From a virus (taxonomy: Duplodnaviria; Caudoviricetes): a stretch of 35,792 nucleotides of DNA. The stretch is from positions 1 to 35,792 of the IMG/VR virus record IMGVR_UViG_3300032226_000348; one strand, written 5' to 3'. Positions 10,201-19,281 of the stretch are shown piece by piece (the stretch's first letter is position 1; the number at the start of each line of letters is the position of its first letter). The notes under the pieces were generated by a model. That model did not search any database. It was not told the DNA's origin and worked only from the letters and a program-made list of their open reading frames with translations. The translations under genes and the position numbers were made by a program.

Positions 10201-13200
10201 TTTAAAAACAGTGATGCAACAGATAATTGCCAATACCACAGTAACTAAATCTGCAGGTAATGCAGCTACTCAGTGGACTGACAGCACTAACTTACCTGGT
10301 GGTGCTAGTGCAAACGCCACAGTAGGCAATCTTATAGATATTATCATTAATATTATTCAAGGAGATTCAACTGCAAGTTTAACTCCACAGATTAATGTTA
10401 CAACTATTGCCTCTCTTAATACATTTACATCTAACAGTCACGGGCTATTAGTCGGTGATGCTGTTATTCCAAGAACTACAGCCAACGGTTTAACTGCCGG
10501 TGTAAAATATTGGGTAGTAGGAACAGTTAACACAAACACTTTCCAGCTTGCAACTACCTATGGTGGAAGTGTAGCCTCATTTACCAACGGCACAGGATTA
10601 GATCTAGATTTTGAAATCATAGACTACCCCACAGCTACAAATGCAGTCACATCAACCACAGCATTAATAGCTGCCGCAGTGACTTTAGATGCAGCTCAGG
10701 AAACTATTGTGACAAATGCCACAACATTTATTTCCTCAACTTATCCAACATTGGTCTATAACAGTGCAAAATGTCAACGAGATGTAAGATTAATTCTTGA
10801 AGCTGTGATGTTTGACTTTATGTTTAACAGCAACAGTCTAACTCGTACCGCAGCATATTCATATCTAAGAAGCACAGCCAGCGATGTATTCAGTTTGAAT
10901 CAAAAGACAGCTACTCGCGCAGCATTTAGTTATGTAGCCACCCAAGCATTGGCTAATGTAGGCGGTGACGCTACAGCACAGGCTAGAATTACTAGCTTAA
11001 TGACTACATTAGATGACATTGTCTACGGTGCAACTAATGACGGATCTATTTGCCAAACCAGTGTGAGAACAGCTGATTGGGCAAGACTACAATTAGAGCG
11101 CAACAGAGCATATATTGTGGCTGAAATTAATGCCTACATCGGTTCAACTTATACTACAACTGTGTCATCAGCTGATTCAGCTACTGATATACTGACTTGT
11201 ACCGATACTAGCTGGATGCAGAGAAATGCCGCAATAAGATTTAGCGGAACAGCAGTAGACGGCAATCCAAATATTAACACTACTACCACATATTATATTC
11301 AAAATGTCATAAGTGCTACTCAATTTAAAATTTCCGCAGCACGAAATTCTATGGCAGCGATAAATTTCACTATTAATATTTCAAGTAATTTCACAGTGAG
11401 CCTGTATTACAACAGTGCTCTATGCCTAAGAGATGTAAACAGATACATCGATGCATTGAAGTTTGATTTGCAATATCCTGGAAACTATGAGTCTAGAATG
11501 GCTGCAAGATATTATGCTAATGCAGTTATGGGCAGTCTCGAAGAAGACATGTATTATCTACGCAACGGAACTGGTATCAGGAATCAAACTCTACAAGGTC
11601 TAACTGGTGATCTTCTTGCTCCGAACGAATATGGTACTTCGCGTGTAAGTGCTGGAGCCTATTGTTCACTTGATCCAGGTTGGGGTCCAGACGACTTCCG
11701 CACATGGATCGTTGGTCGTTCACCTTACATACAAAACGTTGCTACATTTGGTACAGCAGCCGTGGGTCAGAAAATTGACGGTGCGCTGCATAATGGTGGT
11801 AACGATTCTATTGTCTCAAACGACTTTACACAAATTATCAGTGACGGTATCGGTGCTTGGGTAACCAACAACGGTCGTGCTGAACTTGTTTCGGTATTCT
11901 CGTATTACGCACACATCGGTTATCTTGCAGAAGCAGGCGGCCGCATTCGTGGAACTAACGGAAACAACTCGTACGGTGACTTTGGTTCTGTAGCAGAAGG
12001 GTTCGATGTAAGAGAAACTCCGATAACCTGTAAGATAAACAATAAGGCATTCCTTCCTGGAATTGGAACTGTTTTAACCAACGGAACTGAAACAGTTTTA
12101 CAGTTTGAATATGATAACGCAGGAAATGACTATACTGAAGTAGTTTGGAGTATAACAGGTTCGGGTACAAATGCTTCAGTAGAACAAGACGATTTCCGTG
12201 ACGGAGCAGTGTTTAACGTTAGAATGGTAGATAATACCGAAGATAGCGCATTGGCTCCTGAAGTAGACGGAAACTTTGGAGGAACGAACTATCTTTCAAA
12301 CGCCAATACTGCACAGAGCGGAACTACTACACAGTTGACATTGGCTGCGGTTGATGATGAAATTACTGGCGCTTATGTTGGCATGAAGTTGTTGATCACA
12401 GCAGGAACAGGTGCAGGGCAAGTTGGTATTGTGTCAGCATATACTGCCACAACAAAAATAGCCACAGTGACAAAAGAAAGCACAGGTGCAGCTGGTTGGG
12501 ATCATGTGGTACCAGGAACAACGATTGTTGCGCCTGATGCCAGTTCAACATATGTCCTTGAACCTAGAATTGCATTTACATCACCAACTTATGCCAGCAC
12601 ATCAAGAACATTGGCTTCTGCGCAGACATACACTGATGCAATTTATGCTCCAACAGTTGCTATATACTCGCCTATATCGAGTACCAGCAGTGGCGTAGGA
12701 ACCGGTGCTACATTTACTGTATTGAGAAAAGGCGTAAGATATCAAGCAGTCAATATTGTTGCCGCAGGAACCAATTATGCTAGATTAGATACTGTCACAC
12801 TGCTAGGCACATCGCTAGGCGGTACAAGCACAAACAATATCACAATAACTATCACAGCAGTCAGCACCGCTGGTGCAATTACTGCTTTTGAATTTGTTGG
12901 ATTCGGTAGCGGAGGAAATTTTGTTGCAGTATCTAGCGGTAGTCGCGATGTAAATTACAGTGCAAACGGAACATCCTGGACATCGGCAGCTACAGCACTA
13001 CCTAGTACTTCAAATTGGGTCAGCATGGCAAACGGTAAACTTACCGTAGTTGAAAGTGCAGGAGGACTAGTAGTAGGTAGAGGATATGTTATTACTTCTC
13101 TAGGAACTACTCCGTTTACCAGTATTGGAGCATCGGCTAATTTGGTTGGCATATACTTTGTGGCCACAGGAGTAGGCACAGGATCAGGAACAGCAACACC

Positions 13201-14971
13201 AGTGGCCAATCACTTGGTAGCTGTGAGTTCTAGTACCACAGTCAATGCATATTCAACAGACGGTGGCGCAACATGGACCAGCGGCGGAGCATTGCCAGCA
13301 GGAATGAGCGGAGCCACAGTGAGTGTTGCCTATGGATATACTACTGCAACCAGCGGAAGATGGGTGGCAATAAGCTCAACAGGCGCCAGCTGTTACAGTA
13401 CCAACGGAGGCATAAGCTGGGTAGCAGGTGGTGCATTGCCAACAGCAACATACAGTTGTATGACTTATGGACAAGGAAAATGGGTAGCAGTATCTACTGG
13501 TGACACCATAAATGCACACAGTACAGATGGCGGAGTAACTTGGACTGCTGGTACCGGATTACCAACTTCAACTACCTGGATCAGTATCGCCTACGGTGCA
13601 AACAAATTTGTTGCAGTATCAAGCGACGGTGCTGTAGATCCTGCATACTCAGTAGACGGCGGACTCAATTGGAGTAACACCGGTGAAACTGGATATCTAG
13701 GATCAGGAACTATTACAGATGTTAGATACGGACAAGGCGTATTTGTTGTAACAACATCCAGCAGCAACAACATGGCAAGTTCAGAAGACGGAATCAACTG
13801 GACCACAAGAGCTATTACTCGTGCTTCAGGTACTGGTGCGCTTGTTGCTGTAAACGGTAATCCAAATCAATCTAGTATCTGGGCAATTATCCCAAGTGCT
13901 TCTACAACAGCGGCATCTAGTGCTATACTAGGAGCAACTGCCAAGGCTCGAGCATTTATTGTAGACACTAAACTGATTGCGGTAAGAGTTACCGATCCGG
14001 GTTCCGCATACAGCACAGCACCAACAATGACTATTACAGATCCCAATAACTTGTTTGAAGCTCCGTTCGTTGTTAGAATTGGCAACGGTGTAGTGGCTCA
14101 ACCAAGTTTTAGAAATCGTGGTCAAGATTATGACGCAGCGATAGCAGAACAAGATACCGGTGACGGATATGCTGACAACTTCCAATATGGAAATTATATT
14201 TCAGTTAATCAACTAACAGGAACACCATCAACCGGTGCTAACGTAGTGATTGACAGCATACCAGATATCACATTCAAATTGGTAAATGTACTGTCATTGG
14301 CAGGAGCCTACGACGGTGGTAAATCAGCTTTTTTCCAAATCAGTCCTGAAGTAAGTCTGTTAAATTCTCCGGCACACGCTGCGGCAGTAACCACAAGAAT
14401 TCGATACAGTCAGGTTCGATTAACTGGACACGATTTCTTGGATATTGGTACAGGTAATTTTGCAGAAACCAATTATCCTGGAATACCAACACAGCCAGCT
14501 ATTCAAGCCAACGAAACACAGGATCTTAACGGTGGTCGAGTGTTCTATACATCAACTGACCAAGACGGTAACTTCCGAGTTGGTGAACTGTTTACTATTG
14601 AACAATCAACTGGTGTTGCAACCTTAAACGCAGATGCATTTAATATTGCAGGTTTGTCAGAACTAAGTCTAGGTAATATTACACTAGGTGGTAACTCGGC
14701 AACAATTACAGAGTTTTCAACAGATCCTTTCTTGTCAGCTAACAGTGACAGCGTTGTACCTACACAAAGGGCGATCAAGTCTTATATTAGTTCACAGATT
14801 GGTGGTGGTGGAGCCAGTTTGAATGTAAATAGCGTTGTGGCAGGGTTTATACAAATTTCAAATACTCAGATCACAACAACCACAGGGCAGACAATTCAAA
14901 TGAATGCCAGCTTTAACTTCACAGGCGGAGTTAGAGGTTATCCAATAGCTTGGAATTATTACTTTACTTAA
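7286..14971 (+). CDS. Giant tail/baseplate-associated structural protein (2561 aa), paralogue of 1733..7252
   Basis: Same start (MAEFK..R.R..W) and same ordered conserved blocks. Has more CBM-like repeats, four CxRD helical repeats, three inserted beta domains and YG..(K/R)(W/F)VA(V/I)S repeats at about 12910-13900. Confidence 0.8.
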   Translation: MAEFKLGRIRFVWKSEWTTATTYYKDDVVRFGGKTYVCQVGHTSAIDFNTDLDISPTKWNLMSDGQRWRDAWSVSTAYQEGDLVKYGGTIYVCVDAHTSAATTALGLENNSADWNLFIEGIENRGDWAVSTRYKLNDIVRYGAISYICVTAHTSAADTTSGLESNIANWQVFSQGLESKGDWVTATRYKLNDVVKQGASLWLCNTYHTAAAAFITDLANWTQLVEGFEFESTWNSGTTYQSGDVVRYGGNSYVAKTVHAGSNPVTGTTDWDLFAENLKYQSNWSSSTSYRIGEVVKLNANTYLATADSASYAVTVTATTGTGTNTLTTSTSTTGLAVGMTIRFTSGTFGGVLQDARYYVKEIVGPNAIRISISAGGANFALTTATGTMAATASAEPPNTSYWSLLSSGIYWRSSWSDDTEYYAGDVVNYGANTYYCILAHRSEGDDGSTIGTQGGGNALSRPDVDITGTYWNVMTVGSETSVLTTTGDIVYYGGAGPTRLPVGTEGQVLRVSSLNTPEWVTWGQTDHVYYVSPDGEDREYPDCGASLDKPWKTIRYACEQVEKGPRNPKAQHLLELNRAFMQKEITAWIRTQIDAATVGQLWYNFDYDEYKCERDVGFIIDRLIWDLGHGGNLKMRAAAFSLLGAFGQSGEFSAAEESETYVTLAAEADEGVAAYEQLKLLIADVLANEVPTTVYQTFAQDSTAIVTQYINTDYVAETGITTTTDELIDIVITALEDQVTTNLPARRVPNNTINIKTGQYRETLPIIVPAETALVGDEKRSVNAGPAGSLTSRDDAKYSIGALTRLETVVGQIILGTNVTESTGNTATQSALVPFASSVEELDIKRLVRTIQHQIDFKIGTNILETVTNPTGYNSTFLSGFGDARTLLKENKEFLKDEITAFITVNYPAVKYSRTKCRRDIGFIIDAVCYDITYGGSYQTLTAGVAYFDGNASTDLQIDSSEIAATAASYSRLKTVMQQIIANTTVTKSAGNAATQWTDSTNLPGGASANATVGNLIDIIINIIQGDSTASLTPQINVTTIASLNTFTSNSHGLLVGDAVIPRTTANGLTAGVKYWVVGTVNTNTFQLATTYGGSVASFTNGTGLDLDFEIIDYPTATNAVTSTTALIAAAVTLDAAQETIVTNATTFISSTYPTLVYNSAKCQRDVRLILEAVMFDFMFNSNSLTRTAAYSYLRSTASDVFSLNQKTATRAAFSYVATQALANVGGDATAQARITSLMTTLDDIVYGATNDGSICQTSVRTADWARLQLERNRAYIVAEINAYIGSTYTTTVSSADSATDILTCTDTSWMQRNAAIRFSGTAVDGNPNINTTTTYYIQNVISATQFKISAARNSMAAINFTINISSNFTVSLYYNSALCLRDVNRYIDALKFDLQYPGNYESRMAARYYANAVMGSLEEDMYYLRNGTGIRNQTLQGLTGDLLAPNEYGTSRVSAGAYCSLDPGWGPDDFRTWIVGRSPYIQNVATFGTAAVGQKIDGALHNGGNDSIVSNDFTQIISDGIGAWVTNNGRAELVSVFSYYAHIGYLAEAGGRIRGTNGNNSYGDFGSVAEGFDVRETPITCKINNKAFLPGIGTVLTNGTETVLQFEYDNAGNDYTEVVWSITGSGTNASVEQDDFRDGAVFNVRMVDNTEDSALAPEVDGNFGGTNYLSNANTAQSGTTTQLTLAAVDDEITGAYVGMKLLITAGTGAGQVGIVSAYTATTKIATVTKESTGAAGWDHVVPGTTIVAPDASSTYVLEPRIAFTSPTYASTSRTLASAQTYTDAIYAPTVAIYSPISSTSSGVGTGATFTVLRKGVRYQAVNIVAAGTNYARLDTVTLLGTSLGGTSTNNITITITAVSTAGAITAFEFVGFGSGGNFVAVSSGSRDVNYSANGTSWTSAATALPSTSNWVSMANGKLTVVESAGGLVVGRGYVITSLGTTPFTSIGASANLVGIYFVATGVGTGSGTATPVANHLVAVSSSTTVNAYSTDGGATWTSGGALPAGMSGATVSVAYGYTTATSGRWVAISSTGASCYSTNGGISWVAGGALPTATYSCMTYGQGKWVAVSTGDTINAHSTDGGVTWTAGTGLPTSTTWISIAYGANKFVAVSSDGAVDPAYSVDGGLNWSNTGETGYLGSGTITDVRYGQGVFVVTTSSSNNMASSEDGINWTTRAITRASGTGALVAVNGNPNQSSIWAIIPSASTTAASSAILGATAKARAFIVDTKLIAVRVTDPGSAYSTAPTMTITDPNNLFEAPFVVRIGNGVVAQPSFRNRGQDYDAAIAEQDTGDGYADNFQYGNYISVNQLTGTPSTGANVVIDSIPDITFKLVNVLSLAGAYDGGKSAFFQISPEVSLLNSPAHAAAVTTRIRYSQVRLTGHDFLDIGTGNFAETNYPGIPTQPAIQANETQDLNGGRVFYTSTDQDGNFRVGELFTIEQSTGVATLNADAFNIAGLSELSLGNITLGGNSATITEFSTDPFLSANSDSVVPTQRAIKSYISSQIGGGGASLNVNSVVAGFIQISNTQITTTTGQTIQMNASFNFTGGVRGYPIAWNYYFT
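14531..14579 (+). repeat. 49-bp exact direct repeat, copy 2 (copy 1 at 6791..6839)
   Basis: Identical 49-mer encoding GGRVFYTSTDQDGNFR. Confidence 0.9.
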
Positions 14972-14986
14972 TTAACGGAGAATTAT

Positions 14987-15322
14987 ATGGCAACAGGAAG
15001 ATTAGGAGCATTTCCCATTACAGATGGATCTAATACTACAGTATATACTTGCCCAGCAAGTACATTTGCAGTGGTAACAGTGAACATTTTAAATCGATCT
15101 AGCTCAGCATCAGCACAAGTTAGATTAGCAGTAGCAACTGCATCAACACCAGCGGCAAACGGATCAGAATATATTGAATATGATTCAACATTGCTTGCAA
15201 ACGGTGTGCTAGAACGCACAGGCATCGTATTAAAGTCTGGGGAATTAATAGTTGTTTCAACCCCAACAGCAACACCTTCTTTAAGTGTTGTAGTGATGGG
15301 CATTGAGACTTCAACAGCATAA
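14987..15322 (+). CDS. Small conserved phage virion-type protein (paralogue of 1004..1336)
   Basis: MATGRLG...TTVYTCPASTFAVVTVNILNR...EYIEYD...GVLERTGIVL; GGAG RBS. Confidence 0.7.
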   Translation: MATGRLGAFPITDGSNTTVYTCPASTFAVVTVNILNRSSSASAQVRLAVATASTPAANGSEYIEYDSTLLANGVLERTGIVLKSGELIVVSTPTATPSLSVVVMGIETSTA

Positions 15323-15335
15323 GGAAGAATATAAA

Positions 15336-16475
15336 ATGGGAAGAAGAGTCAGCAACGGGGTAGTTGGAGCGGCCGGATCAATCGGCCAACTAAGTATTGT
15401 GGGCAACACACTGACCACGACCCAAACTAATACAAACTTGATCATTGATCCACAGGGTACAGGTGTTACGCAGTTTGTGGGAAACCTACAGGCTAACGGT
15501 AACGCTAGTACAGGTGGCGAAGTACGACTAATGGATGCAGACAGCAGCAACTATGTTGCTCTTAGATCTGTAGCTACCATTGCTACCAATAGAACTTTGA
15601 TGTTTCCAGACAGTGTAGGTACTAACGGGCAAGTAATGACCACCGACGGTGCAAATCCTGCTACAATTTCTTGGACTACTCCAGCAGCGGCAGGTGTTGC
15701 TCTTTCAGATAGTACAGGTGGTACTGCTCTTAGACTGTATCACGGATCAAGTACATCAGGTCAGCTAACCAGTGCCAACAGCAACAGTGCATTGACCTTT
15801 GTCCCTAGTACTGGAGCATTGGGTTCAACTATTGGTCAATTCCCTACACTGCAAGGCGGTGTAGGAACCAGCGGAACATTGACCATACTGTCAACTACTT
15901 CTGGTACTAAGGCCACAGCCGGTATATTGATGACTGAAAACATTGCATCAACAACAACTGCCACAGGTACCCTGGTAATCACAGGCGGACTGGGAGTTGG
16001 CGGTAGGATTAATGCTACTGATTTTACAGGTACAATCGGAGCCAACACAAGATCGGCCGGCTCATTCACTACCCTAACATCAAACGCTGCAACCACATTT
16101 ACGGCTGGCACAGCAAGTACCACAACAGGAAGTGGATCATTAGTAGTCACAGGTGGTGTTGGAGTTTCTGGACAGGTAACAGCAGCCACAGTGGTTGAAA
16201 CATCCAGTATCGCGTTCAAAGAAAATGTCAACCCTATCGAGGACGCATTGAACAAAATTCTACAACTAGTTGGCGTAACTTACGATCGTAAAGATGGTTC
16301 TAAGATCAACGAAGCCGGACTAATTGCTGAGGAAGTTAATAAAGTGTTGCCTAACCTAGTAAGCAAAGATGAAGAAGGTAATGCCTACGGTCTTCAGTAT
16401 ACTAAATTAGTGGCCTATTTGATTGAGTCTGTCAAAACGCTAAATACTAGGATTGAACAATTAGAGACAAAATAA
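15336..16475 (+). CDS. Tail fibre/spike protein with C-terminal intramolecular chaperone (peptidase S74-like autocleavage domain)
   Basis: Likely start is ATG 15336 after AAGGAAG. T/G-rich 'STTTG(T/S)LV(I/V)TGG(L/V)GV' repeats; C-terminal TSSIAFKENV...GVTYD...GLIAEEV..V.P.LV...L.Y..L...LIES.K.L motif. Confidence 0.85.
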   Translation: MGRRVSNGVVGAAGSIGQLSIVGNTLTTTQTNTNLIIDPQGTGVTQFVGNLQANGNASTGGEVRLMDADSSNYVALRSVATIATNRTLMFPDSVGTNGQVMTTDGANPATISWTTPAAAGVALSDSTGGTALRLYHGSSTSGQLTSANSNSALTFVPSTGALGSTIGQFPTLQGGVGTSGTLTILSTTSGTKATAGILMTENIASTTTATGTLVITGGLGVGGRINATDFTGTIGANTRSAGSFTTLTSNAATTFTAGTASTTTGSGSLVVTGGVGVSGQVTAATVVETSSIAFKENVNPIEDALNKILQLVGVTYDRKDGSKINEAGLIAEEVNKVLPNLVSKDEEGNAYGLQYTKLVAYLIESVKTLNTRIEQLETK

Positions 16476-16476
16476 C

Positions 16477-17325
16477 ATGGCAACCTTACTAAACACTAGA
16501 ATAACTGACCAAACACTGGTTCTGCCATCGGGGACCACAGCCGAGCGACCAGCAGCACCTGTGCCAGGCAGTATGCGATTTAATACTACCCTGGGTATTG
16601 CTGAAGTATATGACTACGGCAGCTGGAGAGATCTTGCCAATGGTGCAGAATCTTCTGGGGTTAATGGATCTGGTGCTAGTGTAATTATGTATATTCCATT
16701 GTTTGGAAACACAGGTGCTAATGCTGACATCACAGATCAGATCGGCGGAACAGTGGGCACACTTGGCGGAACAAATACTAGAAATTACGACCAAGGTGGC
16801 TATACCGGTCTTTATGTTCAAAATGGCGGATATTTAGACATTCGTCCTCCACAGTTTGAAACTGCACAGACTACACTGAATGGTAGAAAATACTGGACCA
16901 TAGAATGGTGGTTATGGAATTTTGGCACAGCACCATCCGGTACTATGTTAGAAATGAATCAATATCCGCACGGTATACTCTATCGAGGCCAAGGCGCCAG
17001 CGTCAGTCATTATTGGAGAAATAGTCCAATAAGTTTAGGTACAGTTACCACAGGATCCTGGTGTCATTTTGCCCTAGTTGGGTACGGTGCTACTATCAAG
17101 GTGTTCCAAAATGGCACGGAGATTGCAGATACTATGAATGGAGTAGGTACTAGTCAATGGGCTGATCCTTACTTTCAGGGAGCTAGTGCTCTACGAATAG
17201 GAGCTAGTAATCATACGACTGCCGCCGATCAATGTACTAATGGCGTGTTTAGAAAATTTAGAGTTTCGTTGGGTGCAAGATATGCCTCGGCATTTACCCC
17301 AGCAGATGTTTATCCGATAACTTGA
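16477..17325 (+). CDS. Fibre-associated protein with ConA/LamG-like lectin domain
   Basis: N-terminal LPSGTTAERP...GSMRFNT module; WTIEWW, W.HFALV, IKVFQNG, LRIG and FRVS.GARY...FTP are LamG-like hallmarks. Confidence 0.75.
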   Translation: MATLLNTRITDQTLVLPSGTTAERPAAPVPGSMRFNTTLGIAEVYDYGSWRDLANGAESSGVNGSGASVIMYIPLFGNTGANADITDQIGGTVGTLGGTNTRNYDQGGYTGLYVQNGGYLDIRPPQFETAQTTLNGRKYWTIEWWLWNFGTAPSGTMLEMNQYPHGILYRGQGASVSHYWRNSPISLGTVTTGSWCHFALVGYGATIKVFQNGTEIADTMNGVGTSQWADPYFQGASALRIGASNHTTAADQCTNGVFRKFRVSLGARYASAFTPADVYPIT

Positions 17326-17332
17326 GAGAAAT

Positions 17333-19276
17333 ATGGCAACATTAAATGGAATCACATTCACCGGAACTGGAGCATTAACACTGCCTAGCGGAACAACGGC
17401 TCAACGCCCTAGTCAAGCCAGCACACTGGCCAGTTTTACCACAGTGGGCACAACCAGTTGGACTTGTCCAGCAGGTGTATACAGCGTTGAAGTACTAGTT
17501 GTAGCAGGTGGTGGAGGTGGTGGGCGCCACTCGGGTGGTGGCGGTGGTGGCGGAGGTGTAATTTATCGCCCAGCATTTCCAGTTGTTCCCGGAACTGCGT
17601 ACACTGTTACTGTAGGTGCAGGCGGCAGCGGACCCCCAACTGGAACATATCCGGGAACTCCGGGAGGCGGTGGAGGTAATGGCGGCAATTCAGTATTCGG
17701 TACGTTAACTGCTATCGGTGGTGGTGGTGGTGGATGGTACGGCGGCGACGGCCAAGCAGGCGGATCGGGCGGCGGCTCCACTGGACACAGTCGTACTATT
17801 GGAGCTTCCAATGGTGCTGGCACAGCCGGACAGGGATTTCCAGGTGCTGTTAACAATCACGTTGCTGTAGGATATGCCGGAGGTGGTGGCGGAGGCGCAG
17901 GCGGGCCAGGAAAAGTTGGAGTTCAACAAAATTTCAATAACACAGTTACTTCTATTTCAGGTGGCAATCGAGACCTCACTATCTATATCTGTGGTGGTGA
18001 TGGCGGTCCGGGATATTTTAGCAACATAACGGGACAAGAGCGTGCCTATGGTGGCGGTGGTGGCGGCAGTCCACAATACGGCGATTCCTATGCAGAAGGC
18101 GGTGTTGGTGGTTCTGGAGTAGGCGGCAGAGGATCTCCGGGTATTAGTACCTCAGAAGGACAACAATATGGCTACGACGGTGTAGCCAACACAGGTGGCG
18201 GTGGTGGTGGCTGTCATTACAATGCACCAGCAACTCCGTCGGCTGGAAGATCAGGTGCAGGCGGTTCTGGCTGTGTGTATGTTCGATACAACACCAATGA
18301 TACCACAGGTGCAGTAGGCGGAGCAGCTAGACACAATGCAGCTAGAGGCGTGGAATATGTAACAGGTGACGGCCGATGGACCAGCTATGCAATGCCGTTC
18401 TTGACTAGAACTATTATTACCACAGCCTATGTGATGGGCGGATATAAAGACGCAGTAGCATGGAATAACACCAACCGTACAGTATGTGCTACAGATACCA
18501 CAACCAATCTAGGTGACGGCACACAAGAATTATCGCATAACTATCACAGTGGTGCCTGTAGTAAAAATCTAGGCTATGTGTTTGGAGCTCCGGGTGCGCA
18601 CGGCACTGCGTCAAACTATATCATTGCCTTTAATATGAGAACAGAACAGGTCTATACTTCCAGCGGCAGTAGATACATGGCAGTTAGTACCACAAATGCC
18701 GGATCAATGTTTAAAGAACACTACACTGCTTGGATCACGCAAATGGGATACGGAACTGGAGTTGAAGAATTCAACATGAATACCGAAACATTGGTAGGTA
18801 CTATCACTGGAGCAGTGGCAAATGAATCTGGGTGGGCCATGAGCCACGAAAATTTTGGCATTGCTTACGGATCAGATAGCGGTAGTCGTACTTTCCACTT
18901 TGCCACAAGAACAAGTGTAGCAAGACCAGGCACACATCCTAGCGCACATCACCAACAAAAATCAGTACAAACAAAGTTGATCAACGGCTATGCCGGTAAC
19001 GAAGGTAACTATGCTGGCGGTAACAGTTTCCGTAGAACAAATTTTTACACTGATGTAACATCCGGCACCGTATCTAAACCAATTAGCAACAGCGGAGAAG
19101 AAAACTTCACAATGGGACAAGACCATCAATATATGTTGGGCATGTACAACGGACTACAAAACAACATCAGTTGGAGATTTAACTATTCCTCAGAGACTGG
19201 ATACACTGGCGGGTCCAGTTTAGAACCCAAAGGCAAAGGCGGAATGAGCTCTGCTGTTTGCGCCTGGAGAGATTAA
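17333..19276 (+). CDS. Fibre-associated protein with glycine-rich domain and C-terminal repeat (propeller-like) domain
   Basis: WTCPAGV.SVEVLVVAGGGGG...GGSGCVYVRY glycine-rich domain; C-terminal ~300 aa is paralogous to 19282..20319. Confidence 0.75.
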   Translation: MATLNGITFTGTGALTLPSGTTAQRPSQASTLASFTTVGTTSWTCPAGVYSVEVLVVAGGGGGGRHSGGGGGGGGVIYRPAFPVVPGTAYTVTVGAGGSGPPTGTYPGTPGGGGGNGGNSVFGTLTAIGGGGGGWYGGDGQAGGSGGGSTGHSRTIGASNGAGTAGQGFPGAVNNHVAVGYAGGGGGGAGGPGKVGVQQNFNNTVTSISGGNRDLTIYICGGDGGPGYFSNITGQERAYGGGGGGSPQYGDSYAEGGVGGSGVGGRGSPGISTSEGQQYGYDGVANTGGGGGGCHYNAPATPSAGRSGAGGSGCVYVRYNTNDTTGAVGGAARHNAARGVEYVTGDGRWTSYAMPFLTRTIITTAYVMGGYKDAVAWNNTNRTVCATDTTTNLGDGTQELSHNYHSGACSKNLGYVFGAPGAHGTASNYIIAFNMRTEQVYTSSGSRYMAVSTTNAGSMFKEHYTAWITQMGYGTGVEEFNMNTETLVGTITGAVANESGWAMSHENFGIAYGSDSGSRTFHFATRTSVARPGTHPSAHHQQKSVQTKLINGYAGNEGNYAGGNSFRRTNFYTDVTSGTVSKPISNSGEENFTMGQDHQYMLGMYNGLQNNISWRFNYSSETGYTGGSSLEPKGKGGMSSAVCAWRD

Positions 19277-19281
19277 AAAAA

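Noticed and set aside
17500-18270. GGT/GGC runs resembling a microsatellite or repeat array
   Set aside because: They encode poly-Gly stretches of an in-frame glycine-rich domain, and there is no repeat-spacer periodicity (not CRISPR).
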